The notes beneath the pieces were generated by a model, which was not told the origin of the DNA, searched no databases, and saw only the letters and a program-made list of their open reading frames with translations. This document shows positions 1-13,550 of a DNA stretch of 64,000 bases, piece by piece. A program made the position numbers and the translations under genes. The stretch lies in assembly GCA_047967505.1 (NCBI GenBank), contig CM106538.1; one strand, written 5' to 3'. Each line of letters starts with the position of its first letter. Position 1 is the stretch's first letter. Source of the DNA: Dipteris shenzhenensis (taxonomy: Eukaryota).

Positions 1-785
1 AGGAATTAGCAACGGCTGCTAATATAAACTTTCCTTTCAGATTCTTGAGTTAAATCAAACTTGATCCCTCAATATGGCTAAATATAATCAAGATCACAAT
101 AAAGATTCAAGTTCATGGGCATCTAAAGCCCGTGTCATAGGTGGCAGCACTGCAGCCCACAGCAGCAAGATGTGCACAGGAACAGGGGCAGCAGCAACAG
201 ACAGGTCCAGAACAGCAGCAATAGGCACTGACATCAGCAACCTCTCAGTTGGCTGCATTGGCTGACTTGTCGGACAGGTCAGGTCAGTCTGGTCAGCTGG
301 TCTATCAGCTCCAGTCAGCTGACCCTGCCCTAAACACTATAGCAGTAGGGCCTTGAACATAAGTCAGCCTTTTGGGAACAGTTGTATGTAGCCAATTGGG
401 GAAACAGTGATAGACAGTAAATATTATCTACATGAGAGGGGGAAAAGGAGGGGGGGGAGGGGGCAATCCTGCATTCCCTAACATACACTCACAGAAGCAA
501 GCAAATGAGTTTGTGTGCCTTTTCAGTACATACCTCCGCACTTACAGTTAGATAACAGGCTACAAAGGGAGTAAGTTGGTTCCCTTGCCTGTTACATGAG
601 AGGGGGAGGGGGGGGGGGGGGGGGGAACCAATCCTGCATTCCCTAACATACACTCACAGAAGCAAGCAAATGAGTTTGTGTGCCTTTCAAGTTTCATTTC
701 AGTACATACCTCTGCACTTACAGTTAGATAACAGGCTACAAAGAGAGTAAGTTGGTTCCCTTGCCTGTTACATTGGTATCAGACC
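1..785 (+). mobile_element. 3' part of an LTR (ends ...TGTTACA at 772) followed by a tRNA-iMet-type PBS; degraded LTR retroelement, left end outside window
   Basis: TGTTACA at 766-772 is followed by T-TGGTATCAGAC (774-784), resembling TGGTATCAGAGC. The LTR-terminal ~165 bp is tandemly duplicated. No recognisable coding sequence follows. Confidence 0.55.
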
Positions 786-950
786 TTCAGTTTTCCTTGT
801 GAGGGATAAGTGTACTGGTTTATGGTAGAGACACACTCCGGCAACTTCCTAACCCCAGCATGGAGGATGAGGTGATGTCCTGTTAGCAGTTCTAGAATCG
901 ATATGAGAGAGAGAGAGAGAGAGAATGTGAAACAATGGAAGCTACAACTT

Positions 951-1472
951 TGACACGTCCCAGCACTCCTGAAACCTCTGATCTACAAAACAAACACACA
1001 CCACGTGAGAACTGAGCAGGCTGCTCACCACCCAACCATGACACCTACGGGATGTGATCCCGAATCAGGAGATGTCCCCTCCGAGCCACGAGCTGAGCTA
1101 CTGGCACGAACTCCCAATCAGATCCAAACCAGCCTGGTGTCCCATACCACCAGGTGGCGCTGTGAAGCCTAGGATCTGCCACTGGGCCTTGGGCTACGCT
1201 AAGATGCAGGCGCGCGTCCGCGACTCAATCCAGGAACAGACCTAGCACCTGGGAACGAAACTTGCTCCCAACTGCACACTGAGAAATGAACCCCCTGGGC
1301 CCCTTTTATAGACTCGGGCCCCGAGCGCCACAAATAGCGAAGACCTATAAATAGTTCGTACCCTTGCCACTCAACCCGAGAATCAAGCCTGCCTAGCTCT
1401 AAGCCTCCCCAGGCTACCTGAGCTAGTCTTGTGTACCCAGTACACGTCAGATACTAATCCGTGCACATGACA
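951..1472 (-). repeat. 3' LTR of Gypsy-1
   Basis: Direct repeat of 7105-7626 (about 99% identical), adjacent to the polypurine tract. Confidence 0.97.
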
Positions 1473-1490
1473 TACTCCCCCTCCTCTAAG
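1473..1490 (-). other. Polypurine tract of Gypsy-1
   Basis: Minus strand reads CTTAGAGGAGGGGGAGTA immediately before the 3' LTR. Confidence 0.9.
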
Positions 1491-1530
1491 AACTCACTCC
1501 TGAGTTCGCTAAAAAACCCGGAAATGTTCT

Positions 1531-4500
1531 CTAGAGATTTTGTAATGTCTCCCATGTTGCACCCTCCTCAACACGATCCTTCCACTTGATCTTGTATTCC
1601 GTGATAGATCGATTACGAATCTGTCTGTCACGAAATTCAAGAATACACTCAGGTTCGTGTGGAATAAAAGTCAAATCTGTAACTTCTATTATCTCGTGAG
1701 GAGAAACAAGTTGATCATCCTCACCCAAAACTTCTTTCAGTCTACTGACATGAAAGACTGGATGTACTTTAACATCAGGAGGTAATTCTAGTCGATATGC
1801 AACTGGTCCAATTCTTTTAATGACCTTGAATGGGCCACAATATCTGGGGGATAATTTCGGAACCAAACCAGTACTTAAGCTCTTGGATTCCTTAGGAATT
1901 CGCAAATATACCATCGTTCCTTCAGAGAATTCTCTAGGTGAACGATGTCTATTAGCATAAAATCTGTCCCGATCTTGGGCACTTCTAATAGACTCCTTGG
2001 CAAACTGCAACATTTCCTGCATGTCTAGCAAGAAGTTCTTAGCAGCATCATTTTGAATTCCTTTTAATCCAACCATAACTGGTGACTTAGGTTGAAACCC
2101 GTACATAAGCATAAAAGGACTGTAACCAGTACTAGAATGCTTTGCACTATTGTAAGCAAATTCAATCATAGGTAGATAATCCTCCCATGAAGACTGTCTC
2201 TTAGATACATATGCCCAAAGCATGTCTTCAGCCAACTGGTTAACCTTCTCTGTACTGCCATCGGATTGTGCATGATCCGAGGAACTCATACTTAGAGTAG
2301 TTTCTAACTTCTCAAAAACAAGTGTCCAAAAGTTGCTTGTAAACTTTGAGTCCTTGTCACTGACTATGTTAGATGGCAAACCATACAGCTTAAACAAGTG
2401 GTCTACAAACTCGTGAGCCAGCTGAACAGCTGAAATAGTTGTTCTAGTAGGTAAGAATCTAGCCATTTTTGTCAAACGGTCGACTATGACCCAAATGGAG
2501 TCATGACCCTTACGCGTTCGAGGCAAACCAGTAATAAAATCCATGGAAATACTTTCCCATTTATTACCTGGAATCTCTGATGGCTGTAATAAGCCCGCGC
2601 TCCTAAGGCGTTCTGCCTTAGTAACTTGACAAACTCGGCAACCTACTTACATAGTTCTCAATAAATGCACGCATCTTAGGCCAATAAAAGGTATGCTTCA
2701 CAAGAGACAGAGTCCTATGTATACCTGGATGTCCAGCACTAGGAGCATCATGACACTCCCAGAGAATCTTGGATTTAAGGTCTTGAACATCTGGCACACA
2801 AATCTTTTCATTCCAAAACAGCAAGCCGTTCCTAATCATCCACTGACCTCCCGCCGCCTGTACCGTAGGTGGCACAATCCCTGAGTCCTGGTCAACCATG
2901 GAGCTCCCATCCTGGACTCTCTGCCAATAAGAACTGAAATGACTATCAGTTGCGTATAGCCCTCTCAAGGATTGAAATAGGTCTGAGGATATTTCCGTAA
3001 ATGACAGAGCATTTACAAACTTAACTCGACTTAAGGCATCCGCCACACTATTCAACGAACCCTTACGATAACGTATTTCAAAATCAAAATCCTGCATTAA
3101 TTCTGCCCATCTAGCTTTCCGTCCCCTCAATTCCAATCCATCACACACATACTTAATTGACTGATGATCAGTCAATACAAGGAACTTTGAACCATACAAG
3201 TAGTGTCTCCAAACCTTAAGAGCATACACTATAGCATAAAGTTCCTTCTCGAGTGTGGGCCAACGATATTGAGTGTCGTCTAGCTTCTTACTTTCGAAAG
3301 CTACAGGTCTGCCCTCTTGGAATAGAGCTGCCCCAATCGCATAATCACTCGCATCGGCCTCTAAAACATAAGGCCGGGTAGGATCGGGTAATGCAAGAAC
3401 GGGTGCTTCCTTGATAGAGAACTTCAAGGTTTCAAAAGCCTTGTTCATTGCATCTTCCAAGAGATTGGCTGGGTAGACCTGCGTCCACGACCTTTCAATA
3501 TGTTTGTCAGGGGTGCCGTGATATGTGAATAATCACACACTGACTTCCGTAGAAACACCGTAAATCCTAGGAAAGAACGAAGTTGTTTCACAGTCTGAGG
3601 GATAGGCCATTCTAAAACCTTCTGGATACGATCCAGATCAATGCAAATACCTTCAGAAGAAATCTTGTGTCCTAAGTAAATGATCTCCTTCATAAAGAAG
3701 TCACATTTACTCATCTTGGCATAGAGCATATGCTATCTTAGAATAACTAAGACAATCCGGAGGTGTCCTATGTGATCCTCAAGCGTTTGACTATATACGA
3801 AGATGTCATCTAAGAACACTACAACAAATTTGCCCAGAAAATCCTTGAACAAATCGTTCATCATCTGCTGAAAAGTAGCAGGAGCATTGGTCAAACCAAA
3901 AGGTAATACAAGAAACTCGTAATGACCATACCTAGTTCGGAATGCGGATCGATCTATGTGTTTAGCATAGATACGGATTTGGTGATAACCCGTACGCAAA
4001 TCAATCTTAGTGAAATACTTCGCTCCGGCCAAACGGTCTATCAAATCATCGGAACGAGGTACAAGGTATCGATTCTTAATTGTCACTTTATTTAATCGTT
4101 TATAATCTATACACATTCTCCATGTAGAGTCTTTTTTCTTTCTTAAGAGGACAGGTGCAACCCAAGGTGATTTACTTGGGCATATATAGCCCATATTCAG
4201 GTAATCCTGGAGCTGTGAAGCTAACTCATCCTCCTCTATCTGGCTCATCCTATAAGGTGGTACACTAATAGGTTGAGCCCCTGGGACTAAGTCTATGCGA
4301 TGATCTACTGTCCGTTCTGGAGGTAAACCTTCCGGCAGTTGAGCAGGGAATACATCCTTAAAATTATCTAACAACATTCTCAATTCACGGTGTTCAAACA
4401 CACTTAAATCATTCTTGTTAATTACAGAAATAACAAATGAAGAAAGCGGAATCAAAACACACTGATAGACATCATAATGAGAAGTGTTTAATATATTCCG

Positions 4501-6068
4501 AAGCTGCATCGCAAATACAATAGGTCCCTGAGAAGAGGGAATTTTATCACACTGAATACAAAATTGGGTGTCCTTATCTACAAAAGAAAGGGTATGCTCC
4601 GTCTATCCAATCTAAATATTGTGGGTTTTAAACCACTCTATTCCGATTAACAAGTCTACATGCTCCAGGTGCATAACATAACACCTGAGAGCCCCTATGT
4701 AAGCTTGAATCCGGATAGGAAGCGCTTCAACCTTGTGATCCCAAAACTGCTTCCCAGCTGGAAGCTGCACCTCATAGGTGTGATCGCTAGGTACTGTGGA
4801 CAGCCCCATCTTCTGCATAAATTTGTAATTAACAAAGTTGTGAGAGCTGCCGGGATCAAAGAGAATGTGAACCTGTTGGTCCATAACTTCTCCATAAACT
4901 CGGAAAAGATCATGGGAACCAAACAACGAAGTATTGAAAGTGCAATTACAAGAAAGTGGGCAGGTAATGACATTCATAGAAATACCTGTCATCGAGACTT
5001 GGTTCGCTCCCTTGGCTTTGGTACCTGGACCCGCGCCTGGAGCTTCGGTCCGAGCGCTTACTTTTGATTCTTGCGCTTTGGACACTCATTCTTAGTGTGG
5101 CTCCGCTCCTCGTAGTAGAAGCAACGTCCTTCTTTCTTAAGCTTCAAAGTACGAAGGAAACGGGCTTTACCATTCTCTTTGCTTGAGTCAAGTTTTTCTT
5201 GGAGGCGTTGTCCGTAGACTTCGTCTCCCCGGTACCAGTCGTAGGCTGAAAGAACTTGCGTTTGTTCTTTCCACTCGTGTCGGAAACTGTAGTTGCTTTT
5301 GCACCGGCCATGGTATCATCATAAATACGCGCGTAATTCATGGCCTCTTGCAACGTTGTGCATTTGTTGTTCTTTATTTGCAACTTGTATGAATCTGGCA
5401 AACCATCCACAAAGAAACCTAACAAGGTTACTGGATCCATCTTTGTGGCCCTGGTCTGCAGATCTCGAAACCTTTGAAGATAAACTTCAAATGACAAGTT
5501 CAACTTTGACATATCGAGGGCTTTAAGCTTGCCAACGATATCATAATCGTCCTCCTTCTTCAGGAACTCCTTCCTAAAGACCCCTTCGAAATCTATCCAT
5601 GTATCCGGCTTAGGTTGGAGTTCCTTCCACCATAGCAACGCTTTACCTGACATGAAACTGGCTACAAGCTAGATTTTCTTCTCATCTGGGTACGGGTGGA
5701 ACTAGAAGTGTACCTGCCACTTGTGTAACCAAGTGTCAACAACCTCCTTTGTTCGAGACTTTTGATCTCCCGGAAAAGGGTCTGGAGTTATGTTCGGACC
5801 TAGCACTGAAGCCATGGCATCCACATGCGTGAGTGCCTGCACGGTGCTAGCCAGAAGAGAGAGTCGCCTGAATCCCTTGGAGTTGCTGTGTCAACCCCGT
5901 TTGATTCGCATTAACCTGCTCGAATTTTCCATCCAGAGCAGTGGTGAATTCACAGAAGGCCTTCTTCGTAATCAAATCGTCATAAAGACCCTGGTCTTCC
6001 TCTCCCACAGGAGTATAATCCAAATCCTGCTCTCCCATGGTGAACTCGGGATTTGCAGGATCAGACAT
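1531..6068 (-). pseudogene. gag-pol of Gypsy-1, interrupted by stops/frameshifts: gag (5144-6068), protease (4612-5085), RT (3445-4509), RNase H (2618-3460), integrase + chromodomain (1531-2544)
   Basis: Protease [104 protein letters not shown]; chromodomain EYKIKWKDRVEEGATWE. Confidence 0.95.
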
Positions 6069-6249
6069 AACTGAAATCTGATTTGAACGGATATAAACTG
6101 AGAGAAATAACTGAGGAAATCGAAACTAGAAGGAGAGTGGAGCAGAGAAAAACCGTCCCAAGAGATGCTGACGGAAGGAGATGCTGAAAACTGGCGAACC
6201 GCGGGCGCAATAAACCCGGAGTCTTGCTGAATTCGATGCAGGCTGCAGT

Positions 6250-6485
6250 GTACGGAATCCTGCAGCAAACCGTACCGTACGGTACCTGCTGCTGACCGTA
6301 CAGGTGACGCAACTGTACGGATGGCTGACGTGGCTGTACGGCTGCTGACACAATCCGTACGGTTGCTGACGCAATCTGTATGGACGCTGACGCAGTCCGT
6401 ACGGTTGCTGGCGTGAGCGTACGGTGGCTGGCGCAGGCTGTACGGTGATGACGCAAGCTGTACGGCTGATGATGCAGGCTGTACT
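6250..6485 (-). repeat. ~21-bp tandem array (consensus near TGACGCAAGCTGTACGGTTGC on +) in the Gypsy-1 leader, GTAC/CCGTAC-rich
   Basis: GTAC cores at 6315, 6336, 6357, (6378 GTAT), 6399, 6419, 6440, 6460, 6481, plus five more between 6250 and 6301. Confidence 0.9.
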
Positions 6486-7090
6486 GCAGCCTGTCGCAGG
6501 ATGTCCCGAATCCCGATGGCGCAGTCACGTCGTAGGGCAAAGAGGGCTCCTCGCAAGGCTATGGCTGAGGTTGGAACCTTGTCCAACTATATAGGGAACA
6601 GGGCAGCCAAATTAGGAAGCTCTGCTTCCAAAAAAGGCTCACCCTCCCAGCTTTGGAGGGTGGTGCTTTTTCGAAAAAAGCAACACCTCTCAGGGTGGCC
6701 GCACCCTGTTCCTGCTCCTTGCGCCTCTCCCTGCCCTGGCCGAAAATCCTTCCAGCCATGGCGCACCAACACAGCCTCCATCTCTGCGTTCTCGATCCCC
6801 ACGCAGCCCCGATCAGCCTCGAACTGCTCGCCTGCCACTCAGCTACTCTATCGCCTCTCCTTCTTGCACCTCTGCTCTCTCCCAGCTTCGTTTCCCTTTC
6901 TCACCTCAACCCTTCAGGAATTTCGAAATCTAGACTCTCTCTTTCTCCTACCTTTTCCCTACATCCTTACCACCCCTGATAACCCAGGAGCCAACCAGAA
7001 TTTGCAGCAGCAAATTTCGAAATTTAGGGCATACCTAGAGGAAGAAATCGTCCAAAGTTCTCGCATCAGAAATTCCTACCTCAGGAGCTG

Positions 7091-7102
7091 GCTCTGATAC
7101 CA
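7091..7102 (-). other. Primer-binding site (tRNA-iMet) of Gypsy-1
   Basis: Reverse complement is TGGTATCAGAGC, 2 nt from the 5' LTR. Confidence 0.95.
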
Positions 7103-7104
7103 AC

Positions 7105-7626
7105 TGACACATCCCAGCACTCCTGAAACCTCTGATCTGCAAAACAAACACACACCACGTGAGAACTGAGCAGGCTGCTCACCACCCAACCATGACACCT
7201 ACGGGATGTGATCCCGAATCAGGAGATGTCCCCTCCGAGCCACGAGCTGAGCTACTGGCACGAACTCCCAATCAGATCCAAACCAGCCTGGTGTCCCATA
7301 CCACCAGGTGGCGCTGTGAAGCCTGGGATCTGCCACTGGGCCTTGGGCTACGCTAAGATGCAGGCGCGCGTCCGCGACTCAATCCAGGAACAGACCTAGC
7401 ACCTGGGAACGAAACTTGCTCCCAACTGCACACTGAGAAATGAACCCCCTGGGCCCCTTTTATAGACTCGAGCCCCGAGCGCCACAAATAGCGAAGACCT
7501 ATAAATAGTTCGTACCCTTGCCACTCAACCCGAGAATCAAGCCTGCCTAGCTCTAAGCCTCCCCAGGCTACCTGAGCTAGTCTTGTGTACCCAGTACACG
7601 TCAGATACCAATCCGTGCACATGACA
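7105..7626 (-). repeat. 5' LTR of Gypsy-1
   Basis: Direct repeat of 951-1472, followed by TSD AACTT. Confidence 0.97.
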
Positions 7627-8019
7627 AACTTGCATGAGAGAGAAGACATGAGCATGAAGGAGAGAGAGGGGGGAGAGAGAGAGACCACACGTGATGAGAC
7701 TTTAGTCTGTACAAAGTTTAGGCACCTTGTATTTCAGTCCATGCAAAAGACACTCTTGGGTTCCTTCAAAGAGAGCCAAGAGCTCCACCCATTTGGGTCA
7801 TACACCATGCACTTGTGTGTCCTCCTCCACATACTTGTTTACATCCAATACCACAAAGTACAATAGGCATGCTCCATGTGACGCCATTAATGAGACATGT
7901 TTGATTCATGTGCCTCTTCTTGATAACCATGTGCACACTCATCTTTAACCTCAAGAAAGGGTTACTAGACCATGAGTCTTTCAATACCCTTAGACCATGA
8001 GTCTTTCAACACCCTCCCT

Positions 8020-8610
8020 CCATACTATTGTACACTACTTTAATTATGATGCTGGCGTAAATGCCCCACTCTTGGTGTACATGAGTGCCAAATCGGCATA
8101 CAAAACTGAGCTAAGAAAACTCCCCTAACTGCGACTATGGGGGGAGGAGATGGAGCTATGCTGCTGAAACAGAAACAAACCTTAACCTTGTTGCTGTCCC
8201 AGACCCCGCTGTAGACCGCGGGACGGCTGCCTTCAATCGCGATCTATAGGGAGTTCTATATGGCCGCCTCTAGAGCTAAATTGGCGGCAGCTGAGGCAGG
8301 AGAAAGGCTGGTACTGGATGCCAAACTGAGGGGCAGAGCAGCCCCTTACGTAGGCATGAAATGGCCAACTGAACTGCCCAACTAGCAGTCCTGGTTGACC
8401 AACCTAACTAATCAGGTCAACCGACTTGATTAGTCGGGTCAACTGACCCGAACTGGTCAGCAACCCATGTCGACCAAGAGGTAACCCAGCTGCCCCTTGG
8501 TTGTGCTGCTGGAAATCTCTCAAAAGGTGCAAAAGCTTCTAGATGCGCGATTTGCTGACAAGGCAACTAGTTGTCACTACAACCTAGGCTTGACCCTAGT
8601 GCATGTGACA
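8020..8610 (-). mobile_element. Old LTR (3'-LTR-like), homologous to 16037-16644
   Basis: Shares long blocks such as TGTACATGAGTGCCAAATCGGCA.ACAAAACT and GAAAACTCCCCTAACTG with 16130-16644. Ends TGTGACA followed by TTCCCCTC (PPT on minus strand). Left boundary approximate. Confidence 0.7.
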
Positions 8611-11519
8611 TTCCCCTCTTTTGAACTTGTTGCTAGGTGGAAACCTCGCAATGCTCTACGTTGGTGACCCAAACCGCTCTGGCGTGGCCTGTGACTTTGG
8701 AGAATAGGAAGGGACCTGACTCATCCCTGGACTAGGGCTCATAAAGGGGTCACAACATATGACAAAATATCTTGGGTCAGACTATGTGTCACACTACATG
8801 CTAGTGCAGGGATGCATGTGTAAATGATATCTTGCCAAATAGCAACCAAGGTAGCCGAGGATGGAACCGGATGCCCACCCATCCTAGACTATAGCAAGCA
8901 ACCCAAATGTTCCACACTGAGACACTGGCTACTACCTCCCACACGCTATCCTCCAGAGTGGAATGAGGATCTGTGCTATCAGGAGAAACCGCCTCGTGGA
9001 GCTCTATCCTCTAAATGCTCTGATCCTGCATCCGGTAAGCTGGGGAGACCAAATCAATCTGGAGCACGTGACCTCCCTCCAAGCCACCATCCTCCAAGTG
9101 TAGTCCCTCTGAAGGTTCTGCATGCAAGACAAAATCCTGAGGGCTCCCATCCAAATCCTCACTGCGCTGCTGTAGCTCCAAAGGCAATGGGGGATCATCT
9201 CTAGAACTCCAACACAGCAACAGTGACCACCCGTATCGGCTCCAACCATGGGCCTATGGGCAAGCCTCCACGGCCAGCCAGAAGAAGTAGGAGATCTTCC
9301 TTGGCCGCAAACTGGACCAAAGGCGAGTCCAAAACCTGGAACGGACCTCCTGAAGCACCCTCTGGTGCTACCCAATGCCACTCCCTCGAAGGGGTCCACG
9401 TCGCAGTGCCCATTTGGAGCCTCCAGGTGGTACAAGAAAAGAAGGGCACCTCATCCACCCGCGCCGACCCTAGAAGACCAAAACCACTCTCTCGGATCCA
9501 CCTGGACCTCCCTCAGGGGCCTACCTTCCCAAAGCGAAAGGCGCCATCTGGGGGCATCCTGCTCTAGAATGCTATGGGAACAATGTGCCACTCCTTCCCC
9601 AACTGGCCCACAACTCTGATCGTCTGCCAATGAATCCCATCCAGACTCCCGTCCATCTCTAGGTCTCTCTCAATGAGTGCCTAAACCAAGCCTCTAGGCC
9701 CTACACGGAAGAAACTGGGCTGATTGCTGCCGCACTGGATCATCATCCTTAAGGGGACCACAATCCGAGAAAACTGACCCAACCAATGGCTGTCCGTCCA
9801 ACGGAGTCCTTCCCACTAAAACTCAGGGATGGCGGGTCAATCTCCCTCATCCGCTGCCCTACCCATCGCATATGCGCTAAGGCTCCAAGCTTCACCTCTA
9901 GCTCCAAGGGTAATCTACTCCATCTGTCAAAGGAGCAAGCCAAGCCGCTGTCCCACTATGCCCATCCAATGTGAGTCCCGATGTCCCAGCATACGTCCAT
10001 CCTGATCTCTGATCTCTGGGTGCCACATGAGGGGTTGTCGCTCGAACTCCTCCCTGCAACAGGGCTGAGCACGGATGAGGCCACCTGCTAATCTCTGCCG
10101 ACCCTATGTAGGATCCTCATCATGGGGGGAACCCTTCCCCGTAAGGGGGGCCCCTGAGAAGATCCATCTTGTGATTGCTGCCACTGCCTTCCCATGCGTG
10201 GGATGTTCCTGAGAAGCCCTCGCTGTAAGAGGAGCTTTCAGGGTTTTGCACCAACGGTGAGGCTGCGCACAACCACCTTGCCCAGGAGGGCTCTGCTCTG
10301 CATCTCCGGATCAATGATACCCAATCCTCCCAATGCATGTGGCATGATCACCAGCTGCCAAGCAGGAGGCAATGTACCAAGCCATGGCAAGAAGGACCTG
10401 GTTTGCCACTAAGGCACGACCCGCAAGGGACAGTTTGGCCGAGCTCCAGTAGAGAAGCTTGAGCCGAACACTCTCGAGGACCAAGGCGATCTGTTGCTCT
10501 ACTGTAATATCAATACCCACCTAGCATCTGAGGTATCTTACTGTCTAGCCCCACGATATCCAGCGGAAGCCAAAGGCACTCCCCCACTCTCGAATCTCTT
10601 GTGTCTCCTCAGATCTTGTGAAGAAACCGATGGATTTTGTCCAGTTGATCCCTGCACCCGAGGCCTCGCAATAGATAGCCAGGGCTCCCCTGACTCTCTC
10701 CAAGCTCACTGTGGTGCCCTCTACGTACAAGGCTGTGTCATCTGCAAACTCTAAGTCTAGCAGCTCCTCCTCCTGTCTGATTGGGAGCCTCAACTCTGTG
10801 AGGCCCGCCACCTGCGATCTCAAGTAGTAACCCAATTCCTCCGCCACAAAATGGAAAAGAAAGGGAGCTAGGGGACAGCCTTGACGGACCGAGCGCAAGA
10901 GAGGAAAGACCTCGCTTGTGTGTCCACCGACAAGCATCTGACTAGAGCTCCCCGCATAAATCACAGAGACTCCTCTAATTAATCTGTCTCAGAAACCCAA
11001 CCTCTGCATAGTGCCCTTCAGGAAAGACCACTCCACCCTATCGTAAGCCTTCTCAAAATCCAAGAAAAGGATGGCCAAAGGCTGTGACTCCTCACTCTGC
11101 TGCTAGCATCTCAGAGAAGGAGGCACCACCCTGCTTGTCCTCCCCAAAATTCAGGTTGTTGAAGTCTCCTCCTACGATCAATGAGTCAACATCTGGAAGA
11201 CACTCTATCAGCCTTCTCCAAAAGGCCGGACGGTGCTGTCTGCACGTTGGGGCATACACATTCAGGATCCCCATCCTGACTCCCATCTAAACTACCCGCC
11301 CTGGGACAAGCTCACCCTGTTCATAGACCTCTGGAGCCACCGCCTATGAGACCGAGATGCAGACCCCTCCGCTGTCCCCTACAGCAGGAGACCACACCTC
11401 CGGGCCTCTCCCCGAAAAAAGGTGGTGTCACCGTCTGATATCTGATGCTGAGAACATGTGCTCCTGTATCAAAAGGAAGTCCATTTTGCTCGCCCTACTA
11501 CTGCCCTTTGCAACTTTTG

Positions 11520-11757
11520 CCGAAGGATTGGGTACTACAACTGACTACGAGCAAGGTCGTGGAACTCGTGCACATTCCAACTCACTATGGTCCAACTCAT
11601 GAGGATAGGGAAGAGAGCAAGCAAACCTCAATCTCAACACATGAGCAAGAAGAGAGCTTGTATTTCTCAAAGGTTGCATACAACAATGAAGACCAAAGTC
11701 AACCATTTGGCCTTTTATACAAGTCACCTTTTGAAGAGAGGGCCAACCCTATTTCTT

Positions 11758-11800
<43 letters not shown>

Positions 11801-12715
11801 GTTACAACCTCTTAGGCCCATATGGTGCCAAGGCATATGCTGAGTCTTACAACCTTCCCTCTGTCTTCAAATGGCTCTTGTGTTATCCATATACGGGATC
11901 CAAATGGCTCTTGTGTTATCCTTGCCAATTTGGGCGATTTCGGCCACTACCTCAGTCCTGAGCCATTTGAGGCTTAAAACCCGCAGGGCTACCTCAATCC
12001 TGAGTCATTTGCAGTTCAACCCCGTAGGGTTTGGATGGGGCAGATCCGTCAACATGCTCAAACGCACTTAACGTTGTCTCAAAACTAGTGGGAGCATTCC
12101 AAGCAACAACCTACAATAATTTCAACTCACTACCAAGCTTGTGTGTACAAAAATTTTACCTTGCACTCAAGGATTCACTGAATGACAACAATACAAACAC
12201 CCACAGTGTTGCATGCTTGAGACACCATACTCTCTAAATTGAAGGATGACCCGAGCAATGTGAAAGAAGTTCATAGCTTGGATTAGCTAGCTACAAAGAG
12301 GGCAACATAACTTGCATCACCTAGCTTTAAAGAGGGTGACATTAGCTACATTTTTTCATTTAAAATAAACTTTACCGTGCATCTGAGGATTCATTGAATG
12401 ACAAAACTACCAATACCCTAAGTACTCTTTTCACTTGGAATATGGCACGAGCAATGTGAAAGGGTTACACAACTTAGATCACCTAGCTGCAAAGAGAGCA
12501 ACATTTAGCAAGGCAAAAGGCCTGTGTACCATAGATTAACTAATTACAAAGAGGCCAACATTAGTTGCACTGTTTTACTTTGAAATAAACGTGAAATGGC
12601 TTGGGCACACAACATCGAAGATGTTATTGATTAGAAGGAATAACATGACTCTAGCAATTAGCCATCAAGTGAAAGCGATGCATGTGAGAAGCTTATGGGC
12701 ATCAATAAAACAAGG
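11520..12715 (-). mobile_element. Unclassified insertion inside the L1 endonuclease, probably an LTR-element 3' end
   Basis: Separates the putative ORF2 start (MDYSPSKRLEVLSF near 12757) from the rest of the APE domain. GAGTCTTACA followed by ACCTTCCCTC near 11850 resembles an LTR end plus PPT. Contains (CT)n at 11762-11797. Boundaries approximate. Confidence 0.4.
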
Positions 12716-13324
12716 AAAGGAGAGAACCTCAAGGCGTTTGGAGGGCGAATAGTCCATGTCCGTACGTCGGTGTACTAGGGTGAACATTGGCTCTATGCCA
12801 ATCTTCCATTGCCCACTTCATCATGAAGGAGACTTCCACTCCAAACAAATCAACAGTGGCCAATAGCCAGATCAATCTTTGCCTCAGGTGGCAATCTGAT
12901 AACCCCTACTCCCAAACCATACATTGGCTTCTCCTGCGCGAAGCTCAACTGAAAATTCACTTTAGCGCCAAAGGTCCAGTCCCTGTGGCTCCATCCATTC
13001 GTCCATCATGCATGAAATCTGATCCCCCAACATAGCATCAAATACCACTGGGACCCACTACGCTGATCGAACCCCCTTTCTAGGGCTGCAAGATCATAAG
13101 CGTCACCTCTAGAGACAGAGTAAGAGTCTGGAATCTCTAGGTAGTTCCACGGCCACAATCTCCAAAAGTCCTGCGGTAGAGGATGCCCAAGCTGGAGTTT
13201 GGGAGCTGCTGTGACCGGGAGAACGAGCCCCTTCCTTCTCGATCCCACCCTAAATGGAGGGAGGGGATAGGATGTTGAGACGACGAAACAGAAGGGGATG
13301 CTATCTTACCCTTGCCTAATGACC

Positions 13325-13550
13325 GGGGAGTCGAGGCAGGTCCAAGGGGGGGTGGGGAGAAGGGGGGAGGCTAAAGAAGCTGCAACGGAGGGAGCGGGGG
13401 GGCGGAGGGGGGGGCAGGTGGTGAGGATGACCATAGCAAGAGGGGCAAGGGGGGGAGGAGGGGGTGGGGGGAGCTTGGGAGGAGGGGGAGGGAGAGAGGA
13501 GAGAGAGGGATCCGAGGGGGGAGGGGGGCGGGGAGGAATAGGGGCAATCA
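13325..13550 (+). repeat. G-rich low-complexity purine tract
   Basis: Many runs of 3-8 G separated by short A-rich spacers. Confidence 0.85.

Larger units (their letters stand above)
951..7626 (-). mobile_element. Full-length Ty3/gypsy chromovirus LTR retrotransposon (Gypsy-1)
   Basis: 522-bp LTRs at 951-1472 and 7105-7626 with TG...CA ends and about 5 mismatches. TSD AACTT at 946-950 and 7627-7631. PBS at 7091-7102, PPT at 1473-1490. Domain order gag-PR-RT-RH-INT-chromodomain. Confidence 0.97.

Noticed and set aside
1054-1245. 63-aa ORF repeated at 7208-7399
   Set aside because: It is duplicated only because it lies in the LTRs; non-ATG start and no domain.
6250-6485. Regularly spaced repeat that could be mistaken for a CRISPR array
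   Set aside because: Units are contiguous ~21-mers without unique spacers, lie inside a plant retrotransposon, and no cas genes are present.
5972-7097. ORFs of 159-204 aa in the Gypsy-1 leader as a possible extra gene
   Set aside because: They arise from GC-rich repeats that stay open in several frames on both strands, with no recognisable domain.
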